A stretch of 64,000 nt of DNA from Candidatus Liptonbacteria bacterium (GTDB lineage Bacteria; Patescibacteriota; Minisyncoccia; UBA6257; 2-01-FULL-56-20), in NCBI GenBank assembly GCA_023244895.1, contig JAHFLL010000001.1, positions 404,741-468,740 of the forward strand, read 5' to 3'. Below are positions 54,859 to 64,000 of this stretch, piece by piece. Under the pieces are notes generated by a model. That model searched no databases. It was not told the DNA's origin and saw only the letters and a program-made list of their open reading frames with translations. Position numbers and translations under genes: made by a program. Positions within the stretch are counted from its first letter, which is position 1; every line of letters starts with the position of its first letter.

Positions 54859-56679
54859 ATGTTTAAAAAAATAATCGGCGTGCTTGCGGGCGGAGTAGTC
54901 GTGGCAGTCTTGGCAATTCCCTCTCTCTCGCGGGGAGATATAAATAAATCGGTCGCATATCTGGAGTCAAAATCTCTTAGCGCCTGGAGTGTTATGGCCT
55001 TAGTCTCGGCGGGCAAGAACCCAAGCACGGATTCCTTGAAGAGCATAAGCGCAACCCAAGCCATAGACTTGGAGGCACCGATACTCGCTCTCACCGCGGC
55101 AGGCAAAGATCCACGCAGCTTCTCCACCGAGAATCTGGTTACTAAATTAAAAAATTATTACGACGGGACCCAATTAGGCAGTGCATCTATTCTAAACGAC
55201 GACATATTTGGACTTCTGGCCCTCAAAAGCTCCGGCGAGAGCGATTCGGATACTACCGTTTCCGGAACCAAGGCCCTTATACTTTCCAAACAGAATTCGG
55301 ATGGCGGATGGAGCTACGCGATTGGCGGAGCGAGCGATACGAATACGACCGCGGCGGGCATTATGGCGCTTATTTCCGCCGGGCAGAACAAAGAGAGCGC
55401 TCCAATTACAAATGGTCTTAATTATCTTAAATCCGCCCAAAATATAGATGGTGGCTTCCCTTATGACCCTAAAAGCGCTTGGGGCACGGATTCGGATGCC
55501 TCTTCGGATGCCTGGGTCATAATGGCTTTACGTTCGGTGGGCATAGATCCCGCAACCATAACCAAGGACGGTAAGTCCGCCCTTACGCATCTCGCGACCC
55601 TTTCCACAGAAGAAGGATATTATCGCTATCAAGCCGGCAGTTCGGAAGATTCTTTTAGTCCAACCACTACTTCTTACGCGGTTATCGCTCTCTCCGGCAA
55701 ATATCTCCCAGTCGGAACAATCGCTCCCCCGCCCGCAAGCAAAGCTGGATTCAGCTATCGCATTGAAGGCGCAAGTGGCCAGCTTTGCGCCGGAGAGGCA
55801 GATGGATTAACCGCGCTTGACGCGGTCGTTATCGCGAGCGAGGCCTGCAACATTACCTACCATATGACTCAGATGAGCTTCGGGGATTACGTGGATGCCA
55901 TCGGCGGAGAAACCGCTTTCGGCACAAATGGCTGGATGTATCTGGTAGACAATCAAAAGCCAAGCGTGGGCGCGGGAGATTACAAGCTATCCGCGAACGA
56001 TGAGGTGCTCTGGTACTACGGAGACTATGCCTGGCAACCGCTTCGCCTATCGCTTAATTCCACCAGCACCACCGGCTCAACCCTAACCGGCAAGTTGGAA
56101 TACTTTGATGGCACAAATTGGAAATACTCCGAGGGTGCGACCATAAAAGCGAATGATAAGACTGCTACGACCGGAATAGATGGAACATTTTCTCTAACTC
56201 TATCTAATGGAGCTTACAAAGTGTTTGGCGAGAAGAATGGCTTTATCCACAGCAATCGTTCCAATTTTAACGTCGGCACCGCCAGCCAGAGCTCTTTGGA
56301 TCTAACTGTAGATCTGGGTTCTGGAGGTAATAGCAGTTCCAACCCCGACCCGACTCAGGAAATATCTTTTTCCGTCCAGACCGAAAATTCTCTTAAAAAA
56401 TTTAATTTCGGTAAGAAAAGTAACGGAGCCCTTCCTGTCCAGAAAGCGACTCTGACCAATTTAAGCGCGAGCCCAACTCACTTTGAGAGCAGTGTCTCGG
56501 GCGATGAGGTCTTCCGAAATTATTTGAATCTAGACGGCAAAACGTGGCGGATGTTCGGAGTAAATCTCGCGCCGGGCGGGGCCAAACAAACCGAGATATC
56601 TCTCAAGCTTCCTTCCGGGCATACCGGTACGGGCGTACGCAATGGGTCGCTAATATTCTGGGCCACACCCGCTCTCTAA
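54859..56679 (+). CDS. Secreted protein with prenyltransferase/terpene-cyclase-like alpha/alpha-toroid repeats and C-terminal beta-sandwich
   Basis: Signal peptide, then repeated GGW...A.G..AL units and a C-terminal domain (GIDGTFSLTLSNGAYKV) resembling the carboxypeptidase regulatory domain. Confidence 0.5.
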   Translation: MFKKIIGVLAGGVVVAVLAIPSLSRGDINKSVAYLESKSLSAWSVMALVSAGKNPSTDSLKSISATQAIDLEAPILALTAAGKDPRSFSTENLVTKLKNYYDGTQLGSASILNDDIFGLLALKSSGESDSDTTVSGTKALILSKQNSDGGWSYAIGGASDTNTTAAGIMALISAGQNKESAPITNGLNYLKSAQNIDGGFPYDPKSAWGTDSDASSDAWVIMALRSVGIDPATITKDGKSALTHLATLSTEEGYYRYQAGSSEDSFSPTTTSYAVIALSGKYLPVGTIAPPPASKAGFSYRIEGASGQLCAGEADGLTALDAVVIASEACNITYHMTQMSFGDYVDAIGGETAFGTNGWMYLVDNQKPSVGAGDYKLSANDEVLWYYGDYAWQPLRLSLNSTSTTGSTLTGKLEYFDGTNWKYSEGATIKANDKTATTGIDGTFSLTLSNGAYKVFGEKNGFIHSNRSNFNVGTASQSSLDLTVDLGSGGNSSSNPDPTQEISFSVQTENSLKKFNFGKKSNGALPVQKATLTNLSASPTHFESSVSGDEVFRNYLNLDGKTWRMFGVNLAPGGAKQTEISLKLPSGHTGTGVRNGSLIFWATPAL

Positions 56680-56680
56680 G

Positions 56681-57208
56681 ATGAAAAAAATAATTATTTT
56701 GACGGCGGCGTCGTTCTTGGTCATACTCGGCTTCCAAACTTCAAGAGCGAATGCAATAGGTATATCAGTCCGTCCGTCCGAGCTCCGCATCCAGGCCCAA
56801 ACCGGAGAGACGGCAAGCGCGCGGATAAAAGTAAAAAATCCCTCCGAGGAGGTGGCGCTTTTTGAGGTTTATCCGGAGGAATTTGAAAATAAGATAAGCG
56901 CCTCCCCTGCCAAGTTCACTTTGGAAAGCGGAGAGGAAAAAGATGTGGTTATAAAATTCAAACCCAGTGAGGATGGAATTTTTAGTACATCTCTTGCGGT
57001 GGTGGCTCGTCCACTAGACAATCCGGGGGGTATCGGGAGCGGGGCCAAAATAGCGTTCCAGGCCGAAAACAAGCCTCGCTCAATTGGCTTGGCGCTCATA
57101 TCGGATATTTTTTCCGGCCGAAGGGCGGCTGTCGCAATCATAATATTGGCCGCCCTGGCCACTCTAATGCTAATACTTAGAAAAAGAATTGCTCAAAAAC
57201 AAAACTAG
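56681..57208 (+). CDS. Secreted hypothetical protein with C-terminal TM anchor
   Basis: 175 aa with a signal peptide, a beta-rich middle, and a C-terminal TM plus basic tail. Confidence 0.4.
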   Translation: MKKIIILTAASFLVILGFQTSRANAIGISVRPSELRIQAQTGETASARIKVKNPSEEVALFEVYPEEFENKISASPAKFTLESGEEKDVVIKFKPSEDGIFSTSLAVVARPLDNPGGIGSGAKIAFQAENKPRSIGLALISDIFSGRRAAVAIIILAALATLMLILRKRIAQKQN

Positions 57209-57600
57209 ACCTTGCGACGGTGCTCCTTTTTGATGCGCCAGTATTCCGAATCCCCGCCTGCCCCAGGTTCCTTGCCTCGGCTTTTCTTCATTAGTTTGGC
57301 GGGATATTTTTGGGCAATATGCGCCAATTTTTCGCGGATTATTTTTTCGGTGTCTAATCCCAAAAGAACGGATAAGTCCAACGCATAAATCAAAACATCC
57401 GCCAGCTCCTTTTTGATATGCTCCAATTTCTCCTTATCTTTCTTTATTTCTTCCAACGGCAAATTTTCCCACTGAAAAAGCTCTAGAAGCTCCGCGCCCT
57501 CTATCATAACCGACTTGGCCAGATCCGCCGGACGCAATTTATGCCAACCACGCTCTTTAAGATATTTATATATGTCTTTTTCCAGCTCCCTCATAATCAA
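57205..57600 (-). CDS. MazG-like nucleotide pyrophosphohydrolase
   Basis: Motifs EGAELLE and ELADVLIYALDLS. Confidence 0.7.
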   Translation of the reverse strand: MIMRELEKDIYKYLKERGWHKLRPADLAKSVMIEGAELLELFQWENLPLEEIKKDKEKLEHIKKELADVLIYALDLSVLLGLDTEKIIREKLAHIAQKYPAKLMKKSRGKEPGAGGDSEYWRIKKEHRRKV

Positions 57601-57809
57601 TCTCCGATGTATTTGAATCTGGGACCTTTGTAGCCGTCCCGCTCTATTTCTTCTGTAAACATGATGGCCGGTCTAACCCACAACTGCTCCTCTCCGCAGA
57701 CGTGGTATATAACCATCTCTTCCATGGTCTCGCTATGTTTTGCGAAACCGACAACCTCGTAGTCTTTGCCCTTAAAGTGCCTATATTTGCCCAACTTAAT
57801 TTCACTCAT
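57597..57809 (-). CDS. DUF1653-family small protein
   Basis: 70 aa with the YRHFKGKDY pattern. Confidence 0.6.
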   Translation of the reverse strand: MSEIKLGKYRHFKGKDYEVVGFAKHSETMEEMVIYHVCGEEQLWVRPAIMFTEEIERDGYKGPRFKYIGD

Positions 57810-58171
57810 CTCACTATTATATGTTTAAAATACTTTTCCTGAAAATGAACTTTCTCCTCTATCTCCACATCAGTTAAAGTTTTCCCCTTAGACACAACCA
57901 CTAGCTTGTCGTCGTCATCTTCCAGGCGATGGATTATTGCGATAACCACACCGCTCACCTTATCCAGAGGTTCGCTTGAGCTAAGATGGTATGCGTCCAG
58001 CTCCTTCCCATCCGGAGCTATAATCCCGGGAATGTAGCCTGCATTAATTTCGTATATCTCATCCGGATATTTGGGATGCCGGCTGCCCAATGGCCGGTCA
58101 ATCACCATCTCCACCTCTTTACCAAGAAATGGCTCTGCTAGCCTAAACGAAATTGATTTATCCTTGTCCAT
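57806..58171 (-). CDS. Divergent inorganic-pyrophosphatase-like protein
   Basis: DRPLGSRHPKY...NAGYIPGIIAPDGKELDAYHL parallels family I PPase motifs. Confidence 0.5.
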   Translation of the reverse strand: MDKDKSISFRLAEPFLGKEVEMVIDRPLGSRHPKYPDEIYEINAGYIPGIIAPDGKELDAYHLSSSEPLDKVSGVVIAIIHRLEDDDDKLVVVSKGKTLTDVEIEEKVHFQEKYFKHIIVR

Positions 58172-58697
58172 GCTCTTTTTTATACAACATTGTGTCGTAT
58201 CCTTCAAAAACTCTATCTTCCGGTTTCACGCCGAGGCTGACTAGAAAATCCATCAGCTCGGCTTGCACTTTCTTGCCATCCTCCTCGCTCATTTTTTCTA
58301 CTTCAATGAAAGAACCCAAACCCTCCACCTCGTCCAGACAGATTTCTAACTCTTCCACTTTGCCCTTACGCCTGTTCTTGTTTACGAAAACAGTATGGGT
58401 AAATCCTAATAGTTCCAACATCTTACGAGCTCCTACCGAATCGCTCACCTCCACTTCTTGCTCAAAACAATCCAATTCTCCGCTGCGGTCTTTTTTGGCG
58501 GTTAGTAAATATCTACCACCACTACTACGTATGCGCATAACCGTGCTGTCGCCTAAATTGCTTGGGGTGGCCCCGGGGATATTAAATATCTCGTCTTCCT
58601 GGCGGACGGGGTCGGAAAGTTTACAACCCAAACTCCCCAGTTTTTCTATTATGGTTTTTGCATCCGATATTTTTGCCTTAACTTCTATTTCAAACAC
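58158..58697 (-). CDS. CYTH-domain protein (second copy)
   Basis: N-terminal EIEVKAKI and C-terminal FIEVEKM motifs. Confidence 0.6.
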   Translation of the reverse strand: MFEIEVKAKISDAKTIIEKLGSLGCKLSDPVRQEDEIFNIPGATPSNLGDSTVMRIRSSGGRYLLTAKKDRSGELDCFEQEVEVSDSVGARKMLELLGFTHTVFVNKNRRKGKVEELEICLDEVEGLGSFIEVEKMSEEDGKKVQAELMDFLVSLGVKPEDRVFEGYDTMLYKKEHGQG

Positions 58698-58780
58698 TTA
58701 GCGCTTTTTTATCTTAGCGACAGATACGCGTAAAATACGCCACGCCTCCTTCGCGGCAAAGAGACCAACTTCGTACAAGT

Positions 58781-61336
58781 TTATGAACCGTGACATTTCT
58801 TATATTTCTTCCCGCTTCCACAGGGGCAGGGGTCGTTGCGACCAGCCTCCTTACCATCCGCGCCGCGCATACCCTTGTTGGATATGTGGATTACCTGAGT
58901 TTCCTTGCTGGTATTACTTTCGCTTTTCTCGGGCTTAAATATATTACCCAATACCCAGGAATTGAAGTTATCCCAAAAAGTGGCATATAGACGATGCGCC
59001 TCCTGGCGATATTCTACCAGAGGGTCTTTCTGGCCATAGGCGCGCAAACCGACCGACTCGCTTAACGCCTCCAAATCTTCCAGATTATTCATCCAAAGCA
59101 TATCTAAAATGCTCAAAAGCTTGGCATAAGCATTCGGCTGCAAAGCCACCTCCACGCTTCGTTTAGTAATAATCTCGCGCAGCTTCGTCAAATCCATACC
59201 AGGCCAGGGATGATCCTTATCCACAATGCCCGATTCCTCACAGGCCTGCTTGAGCGAAGCCTCTCCTTCCGGCTCCTGCTCCATCCCTATAAATGTTTTT
59301 TCCATCCCGGCGGCAGCAGCATCAAAGATCAACTGGGGCAGAATAGCCTTGCCCTGGCTCTCTAATATCTCCTGGCGCCTCTTATAGACCGCGGAGCGTT
59401 GCTTGTTTAAAACGTCATCGTATTCCAATAGATGTTTGCGCATATCAAAGTTCGCGCCCTCCACCTTACTTTGGGCTTGCGCAACTGCTTTAGAAATAAA
59501 TCCGACCTGAATCGGCTCATCTTCCGGTAAATCAAAACGCTCAATCATGCTCCTGATACGGTCGCCTCCGAAGATTCGCAAGAGATCGTCGTCCAAAGCC
59601 AAATAGAATTGAGAAGAACCACGGTCGCCCTGCCGGCCTGCGCGCCCGCGCAGCTGATTATCTATGCGCCTGGCTTCATGACGCTCCGTACCTATTACAT
59701 GTAGACCTCCCAGCTCTTTTACCTTCTCTGCCTCCTCTTTGGTGGGCGGATTGCCACCCAGGATTATGTCCACACCACGGCCAGCCATGTTGGTCGCAAC
59801 TGTTACCCCCTTCAACCTGCCTGCCTGCGCGATAATGGAGCCTTCTCGTTCGTTATTCTTGGCGTTTAAAACTTCATGCGGGATACCGTCCTGGCTTAAA
59901 AGCGCGGAAAGGTGCTCGTTCTTTTCAATAGAAGTAGTTCCCAAAAGCACCGGCTGGCCTTTTTCATAACAGGTTCGCACATCCCGTACCACTGCCCGCC
60001 ATTTTGCCTCTTGGTCTTTGTAAATTACATCCGACCGGTCTTCTCTCGCCAAAGGCCGATTAGATGGAATAGAGAAAACGTCCAGATTGTATACCTTGTA
60101 GAATTCTTCCGCGGAAGTTTGCGCCGTGCCGGTCATGCCGGAAATGTGTTTATACATACGGAAGTAGTTCTGAATAGAAATCTTGGCATAAGTCTTGGAT
60201 TCTTCTTTTACCAACACGCCTTCCTTGGCCTCAATAGCCTGATGCAAGCCGCCGTTATAACGCCGACCCTGAAGCATGCGCCCGGTAAACTCATCTACAA
60301 TTATTATCTGTCCATCTTTCACCACGTAATCCTTGTCTTTGCGATAAAGCGCGTGCGCGCGTAAGCTCTCTTCCAAGTAATGCACTAGGCGTAAACTTTC
60401 AGGCGCGTAAAGGTTCGGGACGCCCAAGGCTTTTTCCATTTTCTCTATGCCCGCCGATATGATGCTGACCGAACGCTTCTTCTCGTCCACGGTGTAGTCG
60501 TTGTCCACCTCCAGATTCTTTACCAAGCGAGCGAAAACTTTATAGTACTCGCTGGACTGTGCATCCGGCGCGGAAATAATAAGCGGAGTGCGGGCCTCAT
60601 CTATCAAAATACTATCCACCTCGTCTATCACCGCGAAAAAGGGCTTGCGCTGAGCCTGTTCTAGGGGATTATAGGTCAGGTTGTCGCGCAGATAGTCAAA
60701 ACCGAACTCATGATTGGTACCGTAAGTTATGTCCGCGAGATATGCCTCCCGGCGAGTAATTGGCCTTAGGAAATCCTGTTGGATTAAAAAACTGCCGGTT
60801 GTGTCTTCTTTTTCGTCCAAAGCCTTAACCTGAGCCGCCGGAACCTTCCATTCCGGATCATATAGATATGCCGCGTTCGGCACCAAGCAACTTACCGAGA
60901 GACCCAGCGCGCGATAAATCTGCCCCATCCAAACCGCGTCGCGACGGGCGAGGTATTCGTTTACGGTTACCACGTGTGAACCCCTACCCTCCAGGGCGCG
61001 CGCGTAAACCGGAGCAACCGCGGCCAACGTCTTTCCTTCTCCCGTCATCATCTCCGCCACTCCCCCGCGATAAAGAACTACGCCACCCATCAACTGCACA
61101 TCATATGGCCGTTGATGCAGGGTACGTCGAGCCGCTTCCCGCGCGAGCGCAAAAGCATATTTAAAATCCGGCTCTGCGTCTTTGCTGAAAGATTCTTTTA
61201 GCTCCAAGCTTTTTTCTTTAAGTTCCGCGTCGCTCAACTTTTCCACCTCCGGTTCTAATTTATTTATCTCGGAAACCAAATTACGCAGTTCATCCAACTG
61301 CTTCCCACCGAAAAAGTTTTTAAGCGCGCCGAACAT
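58781..61336 (-). CDS. secA: Preprotein translocase ATPase SecA
   Basis: 851 aa with DEAD-like motor motifs and a C-terminal zinc tail CPCGSGKKYKKCHG. Confidence 0.9.
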   Translation of the reverse strand: MFGALKNFFGGKQLDELRNLVSEINKLEPEVEKLSDAELKEKSLELKESFSKDAEPDFKYAFALAREAARRTLHQRPYDVQLMGGVVLYRGGVAEMMTGEGKTLAAVAPVYARALEGRGSHVVTVNEYLARRDAVWMGQIYRALGLSVSCLVPNAAYLYDPEWKVPAAQVKALDEKEDTTGSFLIQQDFLRPITRREAYLADITYGTNHEFGFDYLRDNLTYNPLEQAQRKPFFAVIDEVDSILIDEARTPLIISAPDAQSSEYYKVFARLVKNLEVDNDYTVDEKKRSVSIISAGIEKMEKALGVPNLYAPESLRLVHYLEESLRAHALYRKDKDYVVKDGQIIIVDEFTGRMLQGRRYNGGLHQAIEAKEGVLVKEESKTYAKISIQNYFRMYKHISGMTGTAQTSAEEFYKVYNLDVFSIPSNRPLAREDRSDVIYKDQEAKWRAVVRDVRTCYEKGQPVLLGTTSIEKNEHLSALLSQDGIPHEVLNAKNNEREGSIIAQAGRLKGVTVATNMAGRGVDIILGGNPPTKEEAEKVKELGGLHVIGTERHEARRIDNQLRGRAGRQGDRGSSQFYLALDDDLLRIFGGDRIRSMIERFDLPEDEPIQVGFISKAVAQAQSKVEGANFDMRKHLLEYDDVLNKQRSAVYKRRQEILESQGKAILPQLIFDAAAAGMEKTFIGMEQEPEGEASLKQACEESGIVDKDHPWPGMDLTKLREIITKRSVEVALQPNAYAKLLSILDMLWMNNLEDLEALSESVGLRAYGQKDPLVEYRQEAHRLYATFWDNFNSWVLGNIFKPEKSESNTSKETQVIHISNKGMRGADGKEAGRNDPCPCGSGKKYKKCHGS

Positions 61337-61363
61337 AGCGTGGTAGTATTTTATGCCTATTGA

Positions 61364-61720
61364 TTATTTTCCTGATTTTTGCCTGGCGCTTACCTTGCGC
61401 ACTCGGTCAACTTTCTGAGTTTTATATTTCTCAATTTCCAGACGCAACTTAGACTGCACCTCATCCACTGCCGCTCGGACATCATCGGATTCTTGTTTGG
61501 CCCTCAAAACTTTGTTCGGTAAACGCAGAGTCGCCTCCGCCATAAAAACCTCTCCGCGATGGTGGTGGCGGGTGGTACGGGCTACCTCCAGCCAAAGCTC
61601 GGGTTGACCGGATGCGTCAAAACGCTTAAGCAAACGCTCGATAACCGCCATTTTGCGCCCTATGTAAACCTTCAAGGCCGGAGTCAAGACCAACTCTGTC
61701 GCTTTGATGTTCGTTTGCAT
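61364..61720 (-). CDS. hpf: Ribosome hibernation promoting factor (HPF/RaiA)
   Basis: 118-aa sigma54-modulation/S30EA pattern, in the classic position upstream of secA. Confidence 0.8.
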   Translation of the reverse strand: MQTNIKATELVLTPALKVYIGRKMAVIERLLKRFDASGQPELWLEVARTTRHHHRGEVFMAEATLRLPNKVLRAKQESDDVRAAVDEVQSKLRLEIEKYKTQKVDRVRKVSARQKSGK

Positions 61721-61804
61721 ATATCTATGGTATCAATTGAGTCGCCGCTTGTCTATTCTATATATTACAAGCTCCTTCTAGTATTTTTCGTGGCGTTCGC
61801 TATA

Positions 61805-61836
61805 AAAAACTCACCCCCGCGTTGCGGGGGTGAGTG
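61805..61836. terminator. Bidirectional intrinsic terminator
   Basis: AAAAACTCACCCCCGCGTTGCGGGGGTGAGTG. Confidence 0.5.
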
Positions 61837-62316
61837 AAGGGCTAGATTCTCTTCTTCTTCGCTACCTTCTTTGTTGCCTTCTTCTTCTTAGCTGGCATGG
61901 CAATTATTTACTTTTATTTGGTTGGGTTGCCGACTGCCCCAACTTTTTTTTGAAAAGACCATGAGAAAGTTTCCCCTCTCACGACGCATTTATTATAGCA
62001 AATTGATTTTGCTATTTTTCGCAAACCTGTGGATAACTCCGCTCCGGGGTTTATTTCGTGGCAACCATTATAGTTTTTCCAGACCAGAAAAACTTAATTG
62101 CATCTCGGCAAAAACAATACAAGTTAACCAAGGTGGTTTTTGCCTGCGATAGCTTGCCACGAAACAAACTCCTACGCTCGACTGGATAGATCCGAGAGCT
62201 TCTCGCGAAAAAATCTTACGCTTTATGAAAAGAAATAAATAACCTTAACAGCTTCCATAAAAACACGAACTTACGCTTAACTAAAACATTAGAAGGTTTC
62301 TTTAAGAACTAAACAT

Positions 62317-63225
62317 CTATGGCTCCAGGGATAATTCTTTTTCCGGATTTTTGGAGGTGAGCAGTATTAAGCCGAAGAAGAGCGGCACAAAAGAAGACAG
62401 CTGCCAAACGGTCGGGATGTTGCCCAAGAGAAAGTAGGCAAAAACCAAAGTAAAGAGCGGGCTCACGCTGCTTAGCGCTATTGCCTTAGTTATAGAAAGG
62501 CGGTGTATACCCTCTATCCAGAATATCTTGCTTAGCCCCAACAGAACTACTCCGTTTAATAAAAGCGTCGGCAAGGAATTTTTTATGTCTGTCCACGCGA
62601 GAACTTCTCCGAACAGATTCGCAGTCAGAAATATGGCCGGAACAGAGACTATGCACCTCAAAAGCAGGATTGTTTCGGTGCTAACTTTTTTCCTTGCTCT
62701 TTTTTGAAAATAATTTCCGGCCGGTCCAGTAGCGGCTGCGGCCAATATCAGCAAATCTCCCGCGTACCATCCGCTGGATTTCGGTAAAAGGATTATCACC
62801 GCACCCAACAGCATCAACAGCGAACCCCAGAGGTATTTGACCGAGAAATATTCTTTCTGCCAAACCTGAAAATATAAGTAGCTGAAAAATATTTCCATCA
62901 AAGCTACTAAGCTAACATTACCGCTGGTGCTATATTTCAATCCGATAAAATAAAGTATGTAGTACAGCGCGCCATTAATCAGGGCTACCAAGAAGATATC
63001 TTTTAAGGCTTCCCCATCCTTCAATTCCGGCCATCTTTTATTCCAAATAAACAGAAAAAGGAAAACCAGGGAAGAAAAAAGCGTAGCAAAGCCTAAAGAC
63101 ACCAGAGGGGGCAGGGAAAGATAGGTCATTGCGGTTATGACCGGGAATAATCCCCACAGCCAGCCCTCCGACAGAATAATTATCTCCCCTTTCCTCTCGG
63201 TAGACAGAGAGTTGAAGCTTTTCAT
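62317..63225 (-). CDS. EamA/DMT-family transporter (10 TM)
   Basis: 302 aa with two EamA-like halves. Confidence 0.7.
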   Translation of the reverse strand: MKSFNSLSTERKGEIIILSEGWLWGLFPVITAMTYLSLPPLVSLGFATLFSSLVFLFLFIWNKRWPELKDGEALKDIFLVALINGALYYILYFIGLKYSTSGNVSLVALMEIFFSYLYFQVWQKEYFSVKYLWGSLLMLLGAVIILLPKSSGWYAGDLLILAAAATGPAGNYFQKRARKKVSTETILLLRCIVSVPAIFLTANLFGEVLAWTDIKNSLPTLLLNGVVLLGLSKIFWIEGIHRLSITKAIALSSVSPLFTLVFAYFLLGNIPTVWQLSSFVPLFFGLILLTSKNPEKELSLEP

Positions 63226-63227
63226 AT

Positions 63228-64000
63228 CTAGATCCTGATGATTTCTTCTTCTATCCGGATTTTGAACTTATCCCAAACGGATTTCTTGACCAACCCTATT
63301 AAGACTTCTACGTCTTTAGCCTTAGCCCGGCCCATGTTGACTATAAAGTTAGGATGCTTGGGCGAAACCATCGCGCCGCCGGATTTCTTACCCATCACGT
63401 CCGCCTTGGAAATGATATAAGCGACCGGCACGACCGGAAAGGGATCGTTTTTTACGACTTCACGATACAAGGCCTGCTGTTTTTTGGTTAGACTCGCCAA
63501 GGGAATATTCTTGAAGGTGCTGCCTATACTGGGATGCTCCATCGGGTGCCTGCTCCAGCGATAATTTATTTTGTCTTCTATGGATTTTTTTATATCCTTT
63601 GCGATGCCCGGCTTCAGCTTGAAAATAGCCGAAGCAATAATTTCTTCCCCGTCTCTCTGCTTAAAAATACTGTCGCGATAACCAAACGCGCACTGCTTAT
63701 TGTTCCTCTCGATTATCTTTCCATCTTTGACCCGAACGCTTTTTACGCTCACAACCGAATCCTTTGTCTCCCCGCCGAAACAACCCGCATTCCCCCGAAT
63801 TGCCCCGCCCACGCTTCCCGGCAATCCTCCCGCCCACTCCATACCGCTCATTTCTTTCTGGACCGTAAATTTCAAAAAATTCTTAACCGACGCGCCTGCG
63901 CCGACTTCCACAAAATTACGCTTAACAATTTTAAAAAAATCTAAAACCGGACGAATAACGATTCCCTTGAAACCGTCGTCGCTTATTAAAAGATTCGTGC
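63228..64000 (-). CDS. murB: UDP-N-acetylenolpyruvoylglucosamine reductase (C-terminal part; 5' end beyond window)
   Basis: MurB C-terminal domain pattern. The ORF is open to the window edge. Confidence 0.65.
   Translation of the reverse strand, partial: TNLLISDDGFKGIVIRPVLDFFKIVKRNFVEVGAGASVKNFLKFTVQKEMSGMEWAGGLPGSVGGAIRGNAGCFGGETKDSVVSVKSVRVKDGKIIERNNKQCAFGYRDSIFKQRDGEEIIASAIFKLKPGIAKDIKKSIEDKINYRWSRHPMEHPSIGSTFKNIPLASLTKKQQALYREVVKNDPFPVVPVAYIISKADVMGKKSGGAMVSPKHPNFIVNMGRAKAKDVEVLIGLVKKSVWDKFKIRIEEEIIRI

Noticed and set aside
61922-62152. 76-aa ORF in the hpf-downstream gap
   Set aside because: No SD and an odd composition. The region is better explained by the nested-hairpin RNA candidate.

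Overview
This 64 kb window looks like a streamlined, moderate-GC bacterial genome segment. The gene content is CPR/Patescibacteria-like: small compact genes, mostly on the minus strand, many small membrane or secreted hypotheticals, and few biosynthetic genes. The taxon is inference only. I found no tRNA, rRNA or CRISPR array in the whole window.

Recognisable housekeeping genes:
- SAM cycle and tRNA modification: metK (preceded by a SAM-I riboswitch), ahcY, a PfkB kinase, queA, tgt, rsmE.
- Translation, folding and secretion: typA/bipA, trigger factor, an FKBP PPIase, secA, hpf, a tRNA-binding protein, an RRM protein.
- DNA repair and SOS: nfo, lexA, rarA, a DEAD-box helicase, a UvrD/PcrA-like helicase fused to an Fe-S nuclease domain, a NUDIX hydrolase.
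- Redox, metabolism and transport: a Fe/Mn superoxide dismutase, a glutaredoxin-like protein, an ArsR regulator, gdh, pepF, ABC-F and ABC-exporter ATPases, a KefB-like antiporter, two EamA transporters, and two CYTH-pyrophosphatase gene pairs.

The standout region is a mosaic accessory island of about 11 kb (roughly 31.3-42.2 kb):
- A tightly coupled four-gene minus-strand operon built around a 633-aa Hsp90/MORC-like GHKL ATPase plus three unrecognisable proteins. It has its own promoter and sits next to a Dcm methylase + Vsr + putative PD-(D/E)xK restriction nuclease cluster. I treat it as a candidate uncharacterised defence system.
- Markedly GC-richer cargo cassettes: a PunA-type purine nucleoside phosphorylase, an HExxH lipoprotein, and zinc-finger mini-proteins.
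- The island is punctuated by near-identical terminator repeats, a thrice-repeated 23-bp palindromic motif, C-depleted GTAG/TAGAAG tracts, and a G-rich/C-poor tract.

All calls come from reading the sequence and recalling protein families. No database searches were run.
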